A stretch of DNA of 64,000 nucleotides from Parcubacteria group bacterium (lineage in GTDB: Bacteria; Patescibacteriota; Minisyncoccia; Moranbacterales; UBA2206). The stretch's first letter is position 1. Every line of letters begins with the position of its first letter. Below, piece after piece: positions 47,036-56,904 of this stretch. Both the position numbers and the translations under genes were made by a program. The notes under the pieces were generated by a model. It worked only from the letters and a program-made list of their open reading frames with translations. It did no database searches and was not told where the DNA came from. The stretch is from contig JBAZUU010000001.1 in assembly GCA_041661275.1 (NCBI GenBank), forward strand, positions 229,057 through 293,056, in the 5' to 3' direction.

Positions 47036-47539
47036 TTATTTCAAATCGTGCACTCTTACTAACTTACAACTATCGTTCTCTGTATTCCATACCGCAAAAG
47101 TTGGCGGATAGAAATCTCCAGTCACATTTCCCGGATTGAGCATTTTGCATTTTCCAATAGTTTCTTCCCATGGTTTGTGCGTGTGGCCATAAAAAACAAA
47201 CGAATAATTTTTGCTCTCACATAATTCTTTCGCAATATTGGGGTAATGAGTAAATGCCACCTTATTTTTATCAAGCAAAACTTCACCGAAATTGGAAAAT
47301 ATTTTTAAATTTTTATGATCCTTGGAAAAATCTATATCTTTATGCTGGTCGCGATCCATATTGCCGAAGGCGTAGTAGAAAGTACCCGTGAAATTATTAT
47401 TCACGAACTTCAATGTTTCTTTCGATGCCAAATCGCCGCAACAAATAATGGTGCTGATATTATTTTCCTGGCAATAATCCAGAACTTTTTTCAAGTTTAC
47501 TTCGTTGTTGTGAACGTCAGAGATGATGGCGATTTTCAT
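47036..47539 (-). CDS. metallophosphoesterase (YfcE/MJ0936-like phosphodiesterase)
   Basis: DVHNN, GDL and GHTH motifs. Confidence 0.8.
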   Translation of the reverse strand: MKIAIISDVHNNEVNLKKVLDYCQENNISTIICCGDLASKETLKFVNNNFTGTFYYAFGNMDRDQHKDIDFSKDHKNLKIFSNFGEVLLDKNKVAFTHYPNIAKELCESKNYSFVFYGHTHKPWEETIGKCKMLNPGNVTGDFYPPTFAVWNTENDSCKLVRVHDLK

Positions 47540-47675
47540 AATGCGTAACCCGTCATTCTGAGCGGAATGAACCCGTCTTGGCGGGAGAATGAAGTCGAAG
47601 AATCTGCCAAATATTAGTGCTAGTGATAATTTATAGTAGATCCTTCGACTACGTCCAATAAGAATTGGACTTCGC

Positions 47676-48506
47676 TCAGGATGACGACTTTCTTAGTTTT
47701 TTCAAAATTTCAATATCTTCCCTTACCTTATCATGTTCTGTTTCCAAAATCATATCAATATCATTCTTTTTGGCAAAAGCGACGATATTTTTGAAGGCAT
47801 CAAGGCCGATTTTTCCCTCGCCGATGTGGGTGTGGCGGTCGCGGTTGGAATTGAATTCTGTTTGGCTGTCGTTGGTGTGGAATAATTTAATTTTATTCAA
47901 TCCTATTTCTTTATCGATTCGCCTGATAGTTTTTTCAAAATCATGCCAGTCGTAACCCGATGCAAAACTATGCTGGGTATCGAGACAAATTCCGGCGATG
48001 GCTGGACTATTTACTCCTTTGATTATTTCCGCCAGTTCTTTCAAATCATCGCCGATGATCATGCCTGTTCCGGCGCTGTTTTCCAAAAGCAATTTTGTTT
48101 CTCCCAAGTAATCTTTCAGACATTCTTTCAACATTTCAATTACTTTTTTGGTGGCTTCTTTTTTGCCTAAGTCTTTGGCACTGCCTAGATGAGTCATCAC
48201 ATATTTCGCGCCGATTAGACTTCCACGTTCCAGTTCGTCGCGGACAACTTTCACTGAACCATAGCGGATGCGGTTATTGGCAGAAGCGAAATTGATGTAA
48301 TATGGCGTATGAACGTAAGTATTTAGTATTTGATATTTAGTATTTTGTAGCTTAAAAGACTCGATAATTTCAGATGTTAATTCTGACGCCCTGCCTCCCT
48401 GAGGAGCCCGGGTGAAAATTTGCGTCACCTCGCAACCCAAATCCGCCGCGTTTTTAGGCGCATTCTGTATTCCGCCGGCAATTGAGACGTGACAGCCGAT
48501 ATTCAT
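47676..48506 (-). CDS. nfo: endonuclease IV (AP endonuclease family 2)
   Basis: TIM-barrel Nfo motifs (HVSIAGG...; HTPYYINFAS; THLG; ENSAGTG). Confidence 0.9.
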   Translation of the reverse strand: MNIGCHVSIAGGIQNAPKNAADLGCEVTQIFTRAPQGGRASELTSEIIESFKLQNTKYQILNTYVHTPYYINFASANNRIRYGSVKVVRDELERGSLIGAKYVMTHLGSAKDLGKKEATKKVIEMLKECLKDYLGETKLLLENSAGTGMIIGDDLKELAEIIKGVNSPAIAGICLDTQHSFASGYDWHDFEKTIRRIDKEIGLNKIKLFHTNDSQTEFNSNRDRHTHIGEGKIGLDAFKNIVAFAKKNDIDMILETEHDKVREDIEILKKLRKSSS

Positions 48507-48551
48507 ATGATAAGTATAAGGGATATTTGGGATATTGGGGAGATGGGAAAA

Positions 48552-49511
48552 TTAAACTATCTTCCATCCCTCCTCCGTCTCCACAATTTTTCCTTTGATT
48601 TCGAACCCGCTGGCTAGTTTGTGGCCGCCGCCGCCAAATGTCGCGGCAAGCTTGGAAACGTCCATGTCTTTATATTCCTCACTCCGGAGACTACCCTTCA
48701 CAATTCCACCTTCTCGTTCAGATAAGATCAAAGAAAATTTTGTTCCCGGGACAGTGTTTAGGATGCTTGCTACCTGGGCGATATCTTCTGATGAAGCCTG
48801 ACATTCTTCCATATCTTTTTGCGTGATGACAGAAGCAATCATACCATTTTTCGAATTAACTTTAGCTTTTTCAAAAGCTCGTCCCCATAATTTCAATGTG
48901 CAGATACCTTTATTACTAAGAGTGGTCTGGACAATTTTGGCCACTGGCGCGCCTTTTTTCATTAAGTCACTCGCTATTTCCATGGTGCGAGCGGTAGTGT
49001 TGGAATGCTGGAAAGTTCCAGTGTCGCCCAGAATTCCCATCATCAGATAGGTCGCCATTTTTCTGGTGATTTCGATTTTATTAAAAACAAAAAATTCATA
49101 AACTAATTCGCAGACCGAAGAGACGCCGGCATCAAGAATATTAATGTCTTTTTTCATAGTGATGTCTGGATGATGGTCGAGAATGGCGACAACTTGGTCA
49201 GAGGTGAATTTATCCACGATCTTATCAAAACCTCTCTCGACACTATCGCAGGCAATGATCAGCTTATATTTTCCTGCATCAAGATCCGATGGTAATTCAA
49301 ATTTCTCCGGAACTATGGGGCTAAGAGATTCCGGGAATGGATCAAGACAGGATAGGTCAGCATTTTTTCCAAGTGATTTTGCGTATTCTCTCAACGCCAA
49401 AACAGACCCGGTCGTATCAGGGTCAGGGTGGGAGTGGGCGAAAAGAAGAATATTATCCGATTCTTTTATGACGTAGTTAAGAGTATGGAACTCTTTTGCA
49501 AAATTTTTCAT
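48552..49511 (-). CDS. nrnA: DHH/DHHA1 phosphoesterase (NrnA-like oligoribonuclease / pAp phosphatase)
   Basis: FAHSHPDPD, the DHH motif (ILDHHPD) and the DHHA1 GGGGH motif. Confidence 0.8.
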   Translation of the reverse strand: MKNFAKEFHTLNYVIKESDNILLFAHSHPDPDTTGSVLALREYAKSLGKNADLSCLDPFPESLSPIVPEKFELPSDLDAGKYKLIIACDSVERGFDKIVDKFTSDQVVAILDHHPDITMKKDINILDAGVSSVCELVYEFFVFNKIEITRKMATYLMMGILGDTGTFQHSNTTARTMEIASDLMKKGAPVAKIVQTTLSNKGICTLKLWGRAFEKAKVNSKNGMIASVITQKDMEECQASSEDIAQVASILNTVPGTKFSLILSEREGGIVKGSLRSEEYKDMDVSKLAATFGGGGHKLASGFEIKGKIVETEEGWKIV

Positions 49512-49837
49512 ATCTCTTTCAGAAGTCGTTCGATTTCGTCAGCTTTGGATTCGGTTGTGTCTAGTTGAAATACGATCTTGGGCAAAGGCCGCATATGCAA
49601 TTTTTTGTTGAGCGCACCCTGGATCACAAAAATTTCTTTTTCCAGAGTTTTCATGGCGTAATCCCTTTCACTCTCCGGAAAAATACTGACGAATATACGA
49701 GTATAACGGAGATCGGGAGTAGTGTCAACTTTGGCGATAGTTACAAAAACACCCCCTTTTAAAGAGAGTTCTTTGAGAATGATATCGTTGACGTGTTGTC
49801 GGATAAGCTCGTTAATTTTTAGTGTCCTTTCTGACAT
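49508..49837 (-). CDS. rbfA: ribosome-binding factor A
   Basis: Length, the KH-like pattern and its position immediately downstream of infB. Confidence 0.85.
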   Translation of the reverse strand: MSERTLKINELIRQHVNDIILKELSLKGGVFVTIAKVDTTPDLRYTRIFVSIFPESERDYAMKTLEKEIFVIQGALNKKLHMRPLPKIVFQLDTTESKADEIERLLKEI

Positions 49838-49968
49838 AAAAATCCAAAATCCAAAATCTCAAATTCCAAATAAATCACAATGACCAAAATCCAAAGTTAT
49901 AAACCGTTTCGGATTTCGAGCCTTTATATTTTGAATTTATTTGTGATTTGTAATTTTGAATTTGTAAT
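49838..49968. repeat. AT-rich imperfect palindromic repeat (AAAATCCAAAATCTCAAATTCCAAATAAATCACAA ... TTGTGATTTGTAATTTTGAATTTG)
   Basis: Read directly. It matches the in-frame uvrD segment at 4008-4075. Confidence 0.6.
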
Positions 49969-51744
49969 TTACAAAGTCTTCTTCTTCACTTCTTCCCTAT
50001 AGCAAACAATAGTGTCTCCTTCTTTTATCTTCGTCTCACCCAAAAAAGTTATTCCGCATTCATTGTCCCGCTCACACTCCGGAACATTAATTTTATTTTG
50101 TTGAAGGTTGTCTAATTTTCCTTGTCCGATAATGTTGTCATCTCTCATAACTTCAAGAAGACAACCGTTAGCTAGTCTTCCTGTGGTCACTTTTCCTCCG
50201 ACGATCATATCTTTCTTTCCGGTTTTGAAAAGTGCCAGAACTTTCATCTTGCCCAGGTCATTGCGAATAATTTCCGGTGGCAGCATATCAATCAATCTAT
50301 TTTTTATATCTTCGATAAGTTCATAAATAATTTTGTAACTTTTCACTTCCACATTGGAATTTTCAGCCATTCTTTTGGCGACTGGCGTGATTTCCACACT
50401 GAATCCATAAATAATAGCTTTGGCGCTGGCGGCTAGCCGCACATCTGATTCGGTTATATTACCGACACCAGTCGCGACATAATCAATAGCCACTTCATCT
50501 GATTTAATTTCCCCCAAAATCTGCTCGATAGCTTCGAGAGACCCTTGCACATCTGATTTTAGGATAACATTAAGCTTTTTCACGTTTTCGTCAGCGATGG
50601 TTTTCATCATTTTTTGCGCGGTGAAGGCGCCTTTTTCTTCTATTTGCTGGTTTCTGATGGCGTCATGCTTGGCTCGGGCAGATTTGGCGGAAATAACCTG
50701 GACTATATCATTAGTATTAGGAGCGCTATTGAGGCCAATGAGACTAACTGGGGTGGAGGGTAGAGCCTGAACAATTCTAATTCCTCTAAAATCCTCAAGG
50801 CGTCTTACGCGGCCATAAGTTTGGCCGGCAATAATGTCCTGCCCCTCTTTTAGTGTTCCAGTTTTAACAAGAACTGTGGCGACAGGTCCTTTTTGCGGGT
50901 CAAGATGAGATTCCAGTACCACGCCCAGGGCATCGCGAGTATAATCAGCCTTAAATTCTTCTACTTCATCGATCAGAAGTATATTTTCCAAAAGTTCGTC
51001 GATGCCGATATTTTGCTTGGCACTAATCTTGGAATATAGAACGTCACCGCCCCAGTCTTCCAGAAGAATCCCGTTTTCGCCTAATTCTTGTTTTACTCTT
51101 TGTATATTTACTCCCGGTTTATCGATCTTGTTTATTGCCACAACTGTCGGAATTTTTTTAGCGAGAAGATATTCGATAACTTCTTTCGTCTGCGGTCGCA
51201 CGCCGTCGTCTGCTGCCACCACAAGAACAGCAATGTCAGCCAGGCTCACGCCGCGTTCGCGCATAGCAGAGAAAGCTTCGTGGCCGGGAGTATCAACAAA
51301 AGTGATGAGTTGCCCCTTCTTTTTTACCTGATAAGCATTGATATGCTGGGTGATCCCTCCGGCTTCTTTGGCGACGACATTGGTTTTTCTGATGGTGTCG
51401 AGAAGGGTGGTTTTCCCATGGTCAACGTGGCCCAAAATTGTGACGATAGGCGGACGTTTTTTCAAATGTTCTCCTGATTCTTTTTCCTGTTTTAATATTT
51501 CGATCAATTTTTCCAGAGTCATCCCGGCCTCTTTTTCCGTTATTTCTTCAGAAACTTCAAAACCCAGGTCAGACGCAATAATAGAGGCTGTCTCGAAATC
51601 AATTCTCTCGTTTATCGTAGCCAGAATGCCATTTTTCATTAGTTCAGTGATAACAGCATTCAAGGGCAAGTTTAAAAGCTCACTGAATTTTTTGACAGTG
51701 ACAGACGCGGGCAATGAAACCTTTTTTGTTGCTATATCGGGCAT
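49969..51744 (-). CDS. infB: translation initiation factor IF-2 (short form)
   Basis: G domain (GHVDHGKTTLLD, DTPGH, NKID) and the C-terminal beta-barrels. Confidence 0.95.
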   Translation of the reverse strand: MPDIATKKVSLPASVTVKKFSELLNLPLNAVITELMKNGILATINERIDFETASIIASDLGFEVSEEITEKEAGMTLEKLIEILKQEKESGEHLKKRPPIVTILGHVDHGKTTLLDTIRKTNVVAKEAGGITQHINAYQVKKKGQLITFVDTPGHEAFSAMRERGVSLADIAVLVVAADDGVRPQTKEVIEYLLAKKIPTVVAINKIDKPGVNIQRVKQELGENGILLEDWGGDVLYSKISAKQNIGIDELLENILLIDEVEEFKADYTRDALGVVLESHLDPQKGPVATVLVKTGTLKEGQDIIAGQTYGRVRRLEDFRGIRIVQALPSTPVSLIGLNSAPNTNDIVQVISAKSARAKHDAIRNQQIEEKGAFTAQKMMKTIADENVKKLNVILKSDVQGSLEAIEQILGEIKSDEVAIDYVATGVGNITESDVRLAASAKAIIYGFSVEITPVAKRMAENSNVEVKSYKIIYELIEDIKNRLIDMLPPEIIRNDLGKMKVLALFKTGKKDMIVGGKVTTGRLANGCLLEVMRDDNIIGQGKLDNLQQNKINVPECERDNECGITFLGETKIKEGDTIVCYREEVKKKTL

Positions 51745-51759
51745 AAAATAACTTATAGT

Positions 51760-52263
51760 CTACTTCTTATTAATAGCGATTTTTATCGCTTCTTTTTCTT
51801 CATCAGTTAGCGGATATTTTTCCGACTGGCCGTCGGTAATATTTTTGCAATATATTCTTGTTCCTTCGCGGGAATAGAGAGAACTGATGGTTAGTCCGGT
51901 ATTTTTTCCGTTGAGAAGAGCAATGGCAAAACTCTGATCGCCGCCTACGTCCCGGAAAGGATTGAAGCGGACAATGCCTACTTTGAATAATCCGCGCGAG
52001 GCTAAGTTGTTGATCTGGTTGGAAATATTAAACAGCTCTTGAATATCGTGATCGAGCGTTTTTATGGCTTTCCCCTGGCTCAAAAGCAGCTCTTCCAGAT
52101 TTCCTGTTTTCCCTCCGGAAAAGAATTCCTCGTTTTTTTTGGCTAATCTTTTCAATTTTACCTGCAAAATGATGTTCCAAATAAAAAGAATAATCAAAAA
52201 AACAAGGAACACCAAGAGTAATAATGGCAGAAAATGTTGGATTACTGTTGCTATATTAGCCAT
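51760..52263 (-). CDS. membrane-anchored hypothetical protein (DUF4446-like)
   Basis: N-terminal TM helix and the conserved VGIVRFNPFRDVGGDQSFAIALL segment. Confidence 0.5.
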   Translation of the reverse strand: MANIATVIQHFLPLLLLVFLVFLIILFIWNIILQVKLKRLAKKNEEFFSGGKTGNLEELLLSQGKAIKTLDHDIQELFNISNQINNLASRGLFKVGIVRFNPFRDVGGDQSFAIALLNGKNTGLTISSLYSREGTRIYCKNITDGQSEKYPLTDEEKEAIKIAINKK

Positions 52264-52328
52264 TTATTTCGATTATTGCGGGGGATAAACTTATTTCAGG
52301 CTAACATTAGTGGGGGTAAATGTAAAGG

Positions 52329-52417
52329 CGGAAGCGGAGGGATTCGAACCCCCGATACCCTTTCGGGTATACCGCATTTCGAGTGCGGCCCATTCAACCG
52401 GACTCTGGCACGCTTCC
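52329..52417 (-). tRNA. tRNA-Ser(CGA)
   Basis: The reverse complement reads GGAAGCG-TG-CCAG...CCGCA-CTCGAAA-TGCGG, a long variable arm, then GGGGGTTCGAATCCCTC-CGCTTCC-G. Confidence 0.8.
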
Positions 52418-52508
52418 AAAATATTATATTGTTGATTAATCAAAATTATTGTACAATATAAACACAGACAATCACTTTCTAGTTTAAAACAAAAAAATAA
52501 ATAAGCCA

Positions 52509-53111
52509 ATGGGCAAGACAAAAAATTCTATTATTTCTGAAAAGCTGGATGTTCCAGTCGATGGGGCGAAATTTTTGAATCCGGAAAAAATTGTGAAAGA
52601 GATGGAAATAAAGCCGGGGATGATCATTGCTGATTTTGGTTGTGGTACCGGATATTTTTGTTTTCCTTTGGCTCAGAAAGTGGGGAAAGGCGGAAAGATA
52701 TACGCTATTGATATATTGAATTCCAAGTTGGAAACAGTAGCCAGCCAGGCCAAACTCAGCGGTATCAATAATATTATAACCAGCCGGGCCAATCTGGAAG
52801 CGACAGAAGGATCAAAGCTTCAAAAAGAAAGTGTTGACTGGGTAATTTTGGTCAATATGCTTTTTCAAAATAACAGTGAGGGGAAAAAGAAGATCATGCA
52901 GGAAGCTAAAAGAGTATTGAAAAAAGGAGGAAATATACTGGTTATCGAGTGGGATAAGGACAAGTCAACTATCGGTCCTGAAAAAACTATCAGAGTTTCC
53001 AAAGATGAAATGATGAGAATCGCCCGGGAATATGGTCTTGGGATTGCGACAGAAATTCCGGTTAGTGATTTCCATTACGGAATGATTTTGGCAAAATATA
53101 AAGAAAACTAA
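52509..53111 (+). CDS. class I SAM-dependent methyltransferase
   Basis: Motif I IADFGCGTGYF and motif II KIYAIDI. Confidence 0.75.
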   Translation: MGKTKNSIISEKLDVPVDGAKFLNPEKIVKEMEIKPGMIIADFGCGTGYFCFPLAQKVGKGGKIYAIDILNSKLETVASQAKLSGINNIITSRANLEATEGSKLQKESVDWVILVNMLFQNNSEGKKKIMQEAKRVLKKGGNILVIEWDKDKSTIGPEKTIRVSKDEMMRIAREYGLGIATEIPVSDFHYGMILAKYKEN

Positions 53112-53143
53112 GGCGGACGAATTAATACGCAAATATAAATAAG

Positions 53144-54520
53144 ATGAAAAATAAAATCGTTATATCAATTCTTTTTTTTACGATGCTGCTGACTCTTTCC
53201 GGTTGCGGATGTAAGTCAAATAATGCCGGTCAGGCAGCGATAGAATTGGAAATTTGGGGACCCATTGATGACAGCTTTACCTATAAGGATGTGTTCGAGG
53301 CCTATCAGAAGTTATATCCCAATGTTAAGGATATAAGGTATAGGAGATTTTCTCCGGATACGTATGAAAAAGAATTGGTGGACGCCCTGGCCTCGGGACA
53401 AGGTCCGGATATATTTCTTATTCACAATACCTGGCTTCCGAGTTTTAAGGATAAAATTATTCCGGCGCCCGCGGAGATCATCAATGAACAAAGATTCCGA
53501 TCGAATTTCGTCGATGTGGTTGTTGCCGATTTTTTGGATCAGGGAAAAGTTTGGGCCTCTCCGCTTTCAGTTGATTCTCTGGGGCTTTACTATAATAAGG
53601 ATCTTTTCAATGAAGCTGGTATCAGCACTCCGCCAAAAAACTGGGATGAATTTGGAAAAGATGCTCGGCTGTTGACTAAATTTTCAACGAGCCATGAAAT
53701 TATCCAGTCGGGGGCGGCATTCGGCGCAGCTTATAATATTAATCGCTCAACAGATGTCCTTAATCTGCTTATGATGCAAAGCGGGACGCAAACAAATGAT
53801 AAGGGCGTTCTGGACTTAAGAACCTCCAAAGTTACCGGCGGGTCTAACTATTCTCCGGCCGAAGATGCTTTGAGTTTTTATACTCAGTTTGCTCAAGCTA
53901 CCTCGCCCTACTATTCCTGGAACTCGCGGATGCACTATTCCATTGACGCTTTTTCAGAAGGGACTCTGGCTATGATGTTCAATTATTCCTGGCACATTCA
54001 GACTATAAAAGACAAATCACCCAAGCTGAACTTTGCCGTTGCTTCGGTTCCGCAGTTTGCCGGAAGCTCGCCGATGAATTTCGCCAACTATTGGGGGTTT
54101 GCTGTGGCTAAAAATAAACAAACTGCGGAAGGGGTAACCAATGAAACCAGGATTTCTGAAAGTTGGAAGCTTATTAATTTTTTGACAACCAAGCCGGAAG
54201 GACAGTTTGCTGCCGCGAACGGAGGGATGCTGGGTAGTGGAGCGATCGACTCCAATTATGATCCGGCGAAAGAATATCTCGAAAAGACAAGAAAGCCGGC
54301 GGCCAGACGCGATCTGATTGAAACGCAAAAAACTGACGCGGAACTGGGAGTGTTTGCCAAGGATAACCTGATAGCCAAGAGTTGGAAGGAAGTCCAGCCG
54401 GACGCGATCGAAAGCATATTGGCGGAAATGATAGACCAGGTGAATAAAGGTCAGGCTAATGTTACCGACGCGATAGAAACAGCCAGTCAGAGGATAGGGA
54501 AATTAAGTAGCGAGGAATAA
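53144..54520 (+). CDS. ABC-transporter extracellular solute-binding lipoprotein (carbohydrate family 1-like)
   Basis: Lipobox LTLSGCG and an SBP_bac_1-like architecture. Confidence 0.75.
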   Translation: MKNKIVISILFFTMLLTLSGCGCKSNNAGQAAIELEIWGPIDDSFTYKDVFEAYQKLYPNVKDIRYRRFSPDTYEKELVDALASGQGPDIFLIHNTWLPSFKDKIIPAPAEIINEQRFRSNFVDVVVADFLDQGKVWASPLSVDSLGLYYNKDLFNEAGISTPPKNWDEFGKDARLLTKFSTSHEIIQSGAAFGAAYNINRSTDVLNLLMMQSGTQTNDKGVLDLRTSKVTGGSNYSPAEDALSFYTQFAQATSPYYSWNSRMHYSIDAFSEGTLAMMFNYSWHIQTIKDKSPKLNFAVASVPQFAGSSPMNFANYWGFAVAKNKQTAEGVTNETRISESWKLINFLTTKPEGQFAAANGGMLGSGAIDSNYDPAKEYLEKTRKPAARRDLIETQKTDAELGVFAKDNLIAKSWKEVQPDAIESILAEMIDQVNKGQANVTDAIETASQRIGKLSSEE

Positions 54521-54550
54521 TATTTTAATATAATATAAAATAAAAATAAA

Positions 54551-55282
54551 ATGAAGAAAAAAAATATAGCGATTTTCATTATTATGTTTCTAGGACTGAT
54601 TGCCGTATCAAACATAATAACAGCACAGGCCGCTACAACCACAACTGATACCGCATTAGAACAATTAACTGGGAAAACATCAACCACTTCTTCCTCAAGC
54701 GATTCAACAATTTCCTTTTCTTTTCTTAATCCTATTGGCGCCACTACTGTTGCCGCGGTTCTTAAGAGCTTATTGACCAACCTGCAATCAGTAGTCATTA
54801 CTATTGCCATAATCTTTATAGTCATCGGAGGTCTTATGTATATGATGTCCGGCGGGAGCGAAAAAACAATCACGCGCGCCAAGTCATGTGTTGCCGGGGC
54901 AGTGATAGGATTGGCGATAGTGCTGGCGGCACCTATATTCCTAAATGAAGTTATAGCTATTTTTGGCGGCTCCAGCGGAATTGGTTCTACCGGCAGTAGC
55001 GTCAGGCTCAAGACTGTTGTGGAAAAAATTCTGGATTTGTTGTTGTCTGTTTTAGGAATCATTGCTATAATCTCTCTAGTTGTCGGAGGCGGAATGTATC
55101 TCACTTCCTATGGCGATGAAGACAGAATAAAGACGGCTAAAAAAATTGTTACTTACGCCATAATTGGAATAGTGATTTCTCTTTCAGCATTGGTTATTGT
55201 AAGTGAAGTAGGAAGTATTTTAGGCGGAACCACTTCGAGCAGTACCTCATCCACTTCAATATCGAGCTTGTTGGGATTTTAA
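54551..55282 (+). CDS. VirB2/TrbC-like pilin-family protein, internally duplicated (two pilin units)
   Basis: Signal peptide, then two repeats of TM helix, G(G)xMY..(S/T)GxE...(R/K)AK loop, and a second TM helix. Confidence 0.55.
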   Translation: MKKKNIAIFIIMFLGLIAVSNIITAQAATTTTDTALEQLTGKTSTTSSSSDSTISFSFLNPIGATTVAAVLKSLLTNLQSVVITIAIIFIVIGGLMYMMSGGSEKTITRAKSCVAGAVIGLAIVLAAPIFLNEVIAIFGGSSGIGSTGSSVRLKTVVEKILDLLLSVLGIIAIISLVVGGGMYLTSYGDEDRIKTAKKIVTYAIIGIVISLSALVIVSEVGSILGGTTSSSTSSTSISSLLGF

Positions 55283-55298
55283 ATAGAAAGTTGAGGTA

Positions 55299-55456
55299 AC
55301 CCCAGCACCAATTCCGATAAAAATTTACATATTATAAAGATTAGTGCTCGGATTCGCCTTCGGCTTAGAATTAAACAAAAACCAAAGTCTCTCGAGTGAA
55401 TTGGTGCGGGGTTCTCAATTTTGTAACCACTCGCTTCGCTCGCGGACAAAATTGGA
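55299..55456. repeat. conserved structured leader upstream of pilin paralog 2
   Basis: IR CCCCAGCACCAATTC/GAATTGGTGCGGGG plus a CAATTTTG...CAAAATTG hairpin. The region is duplicated at 55929-56082. Confidence 0.65.
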
Positions 55457-55478
55457 AAAATAGAAAGGCAGGTGTTAT

Positions 55479-55829
55479 ATGAAAAAAATAAAAATGTTGT
55501 TCTATTCTATGAATGTCGCGTTGCTGACTGTTCCGGCGTTGGCTTCGGCTCAATTGACCAAACCGACAGGAACCGGACTTCCTGAAAGCACCCTTTCTAC
55601 CATTGTTCAGAACGTAATGTATTGGCTTTTGTGGCTGGTGGGAATCGTCGGAGTTATCGGATTTGCTATTGCCGGACTTCTCTATCTCACCGCAACGGGA
55701 GATGAAACCAGATTAAACAGAGCTAAAAGCGCTATGCTTTATTCCATAATCGGAATTATCGTGGCTTTGGCCGGACTTATTGCCATCAACTTCGCCTATG
55801 GCCTTTTGGGAGGAGCGAAAAAATTCTAA
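55479..55829 (+). CDS. VirB2/TrbC-like pilin-family protein
   Basis: Signal peptide (..ALASA), GLP motif, TM helix, TGDETRLNRAK loop, TM helix. Confidence 0.6.
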   Translation: MKKIKMLFYSMNVALLTVPALASAQLTKPTGTGLPESTLSTIVQNVMYWLLWLVGIVGVIGFAIAGLLYLTATGDETRLNRAKSAMLYSIIGIIVALAGLIAINFAYGLLGGAKKF

Positions 55830-55928
55830 GTGATCATTTTGAATTTTTCAGATAAAAACAGTCTGCGGGTTATCCACAGGCTGTTTTGTTTTGTGAAGTG
55901 TGGTATAATAATGCTGCGGTGAAATAAT

Positions 55929-56082
55929 CCCAGCACCAATTCCGACAAGGATTAACAAAGTGTAAAGATTAGCGCTCGGATTCGCCTACGGCTTTAATTT
56001 AAAATAAATATTAAAATAAGTTTGCGAATTGGTGCGGGATGCTCAATTTTGTAGCTACTCGCAAGGCTCGCAGACAAAATTG
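55929..56082. repeat. conserved structured leader upstream of pilin paralog 3 (second copy)
   Basis: Same blocks and IRs as 55299-55456, at roughly 85% identity by eye. Confidence 0.65.
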
Positions 56083-56096
56083 GCAAAATACAAAAA

Positions 56097-56465
56097 ATGA
56101 AAAAGAAAATATCTTTTCTCGCCGCAGTTGTTGTTTCTCTTTTATTTTCGGTCGTGGATACCGGAAATGTTTTTGCAGCTTGGAGCGCTGACACCTTAAC
56201 CACATTCGGTCTACCAAGCGGAACTATAACATCAATCGTGGGATATATCTTGTTGTGGCTTCTATATATGCTGGGTATTGTGGGTGTGATCGGATTTGTC
56301 ATTTCGGGTCTTATGTATCTTATTTCAACAGGGGATCAAACTATGATCGATCGCGCCAAAAAAGGGATGACCTATTCAATAGTCGGAATCGTTGTAGGTT
56401 TGGTCGGTCTGGTTATCATTAGGGCGGTTGATACCATACTAAGAGGAGCTTCATCAACTTTTTAA
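56097..56465 (+). CDS. VirB2/TrbC-like pilin-family protein
   Basis: Signal peptide, GLP motif, TM helix, TGDQTMIDRAK loop, TM helix. Confidence 0.6.
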   Translation: MKKKISFLAAVVVSLLFSVVDTGNVFAAWSADTLTTFGLPSGTITSIVGYILLWLLYMLGIVGVIGFVISGLMYLISTGDQTMIDRAKKGMTYSIVGIVVGLVGLVIIRAVDTILRGASSTF

Positions 56466-56468
56466 GGA

Positions 56469-56837
56469 ATGGAAATGAAAAAAGTAAAAAAATATCTATT
56501 ATTGGTATTCTCAATAGCTTTCGTGTCTTTTCATTGTGAAACAGTTATGGCTGCCTATTCTCTTCCCACCAATACCGGCTTGCCAACTTCCAGTTCAGGA
56601 ATAAAAGGAATTCTTGCCAATCTGCTTAGCTGGCTCCTGTCGATTTTTGGCATAATCGCTATCATCGGGTTTGTTGTTTCCGGTATTCAATATTTTCTGG
56701 CTACGGGAGATGAGAAAATGATGCAGACCGCCAAGAGAAACGCTCTATATTCAATCCTTGGTGTTATTGTGGCGCTTTCCGCTTATGTTGTCATAAAGGC
56801 AATCGATACCGCGCTTAGAGGATCTTCCGGTTTTTAG
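56469..56837 (+). CDS. VirB2/TrbC-like pilin-family protein
   Basis: Same architecture (TGDEKMMQTAK loop). It starts 4 nt after paralog 3. Confidence 0.6.
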   Translation: MEMKKVKKYLLLVFSIAFVSFHCETVMAAYSLPTNTGLPTSSSGIKGILANLLSWLLSIFGIIAIIGFVVSGIQYFLATGDEKMMQTAKRNALYSILGVIVALSAYVVIKAIDTALRGSSGF

Positions 56838-56904
56838 TTTTTGGAAATTTAAAAAAGGCGTCCCGTATTGAACGGTTCGCCTTTTTTGATTTGCCGCAAT
56901 CCTT

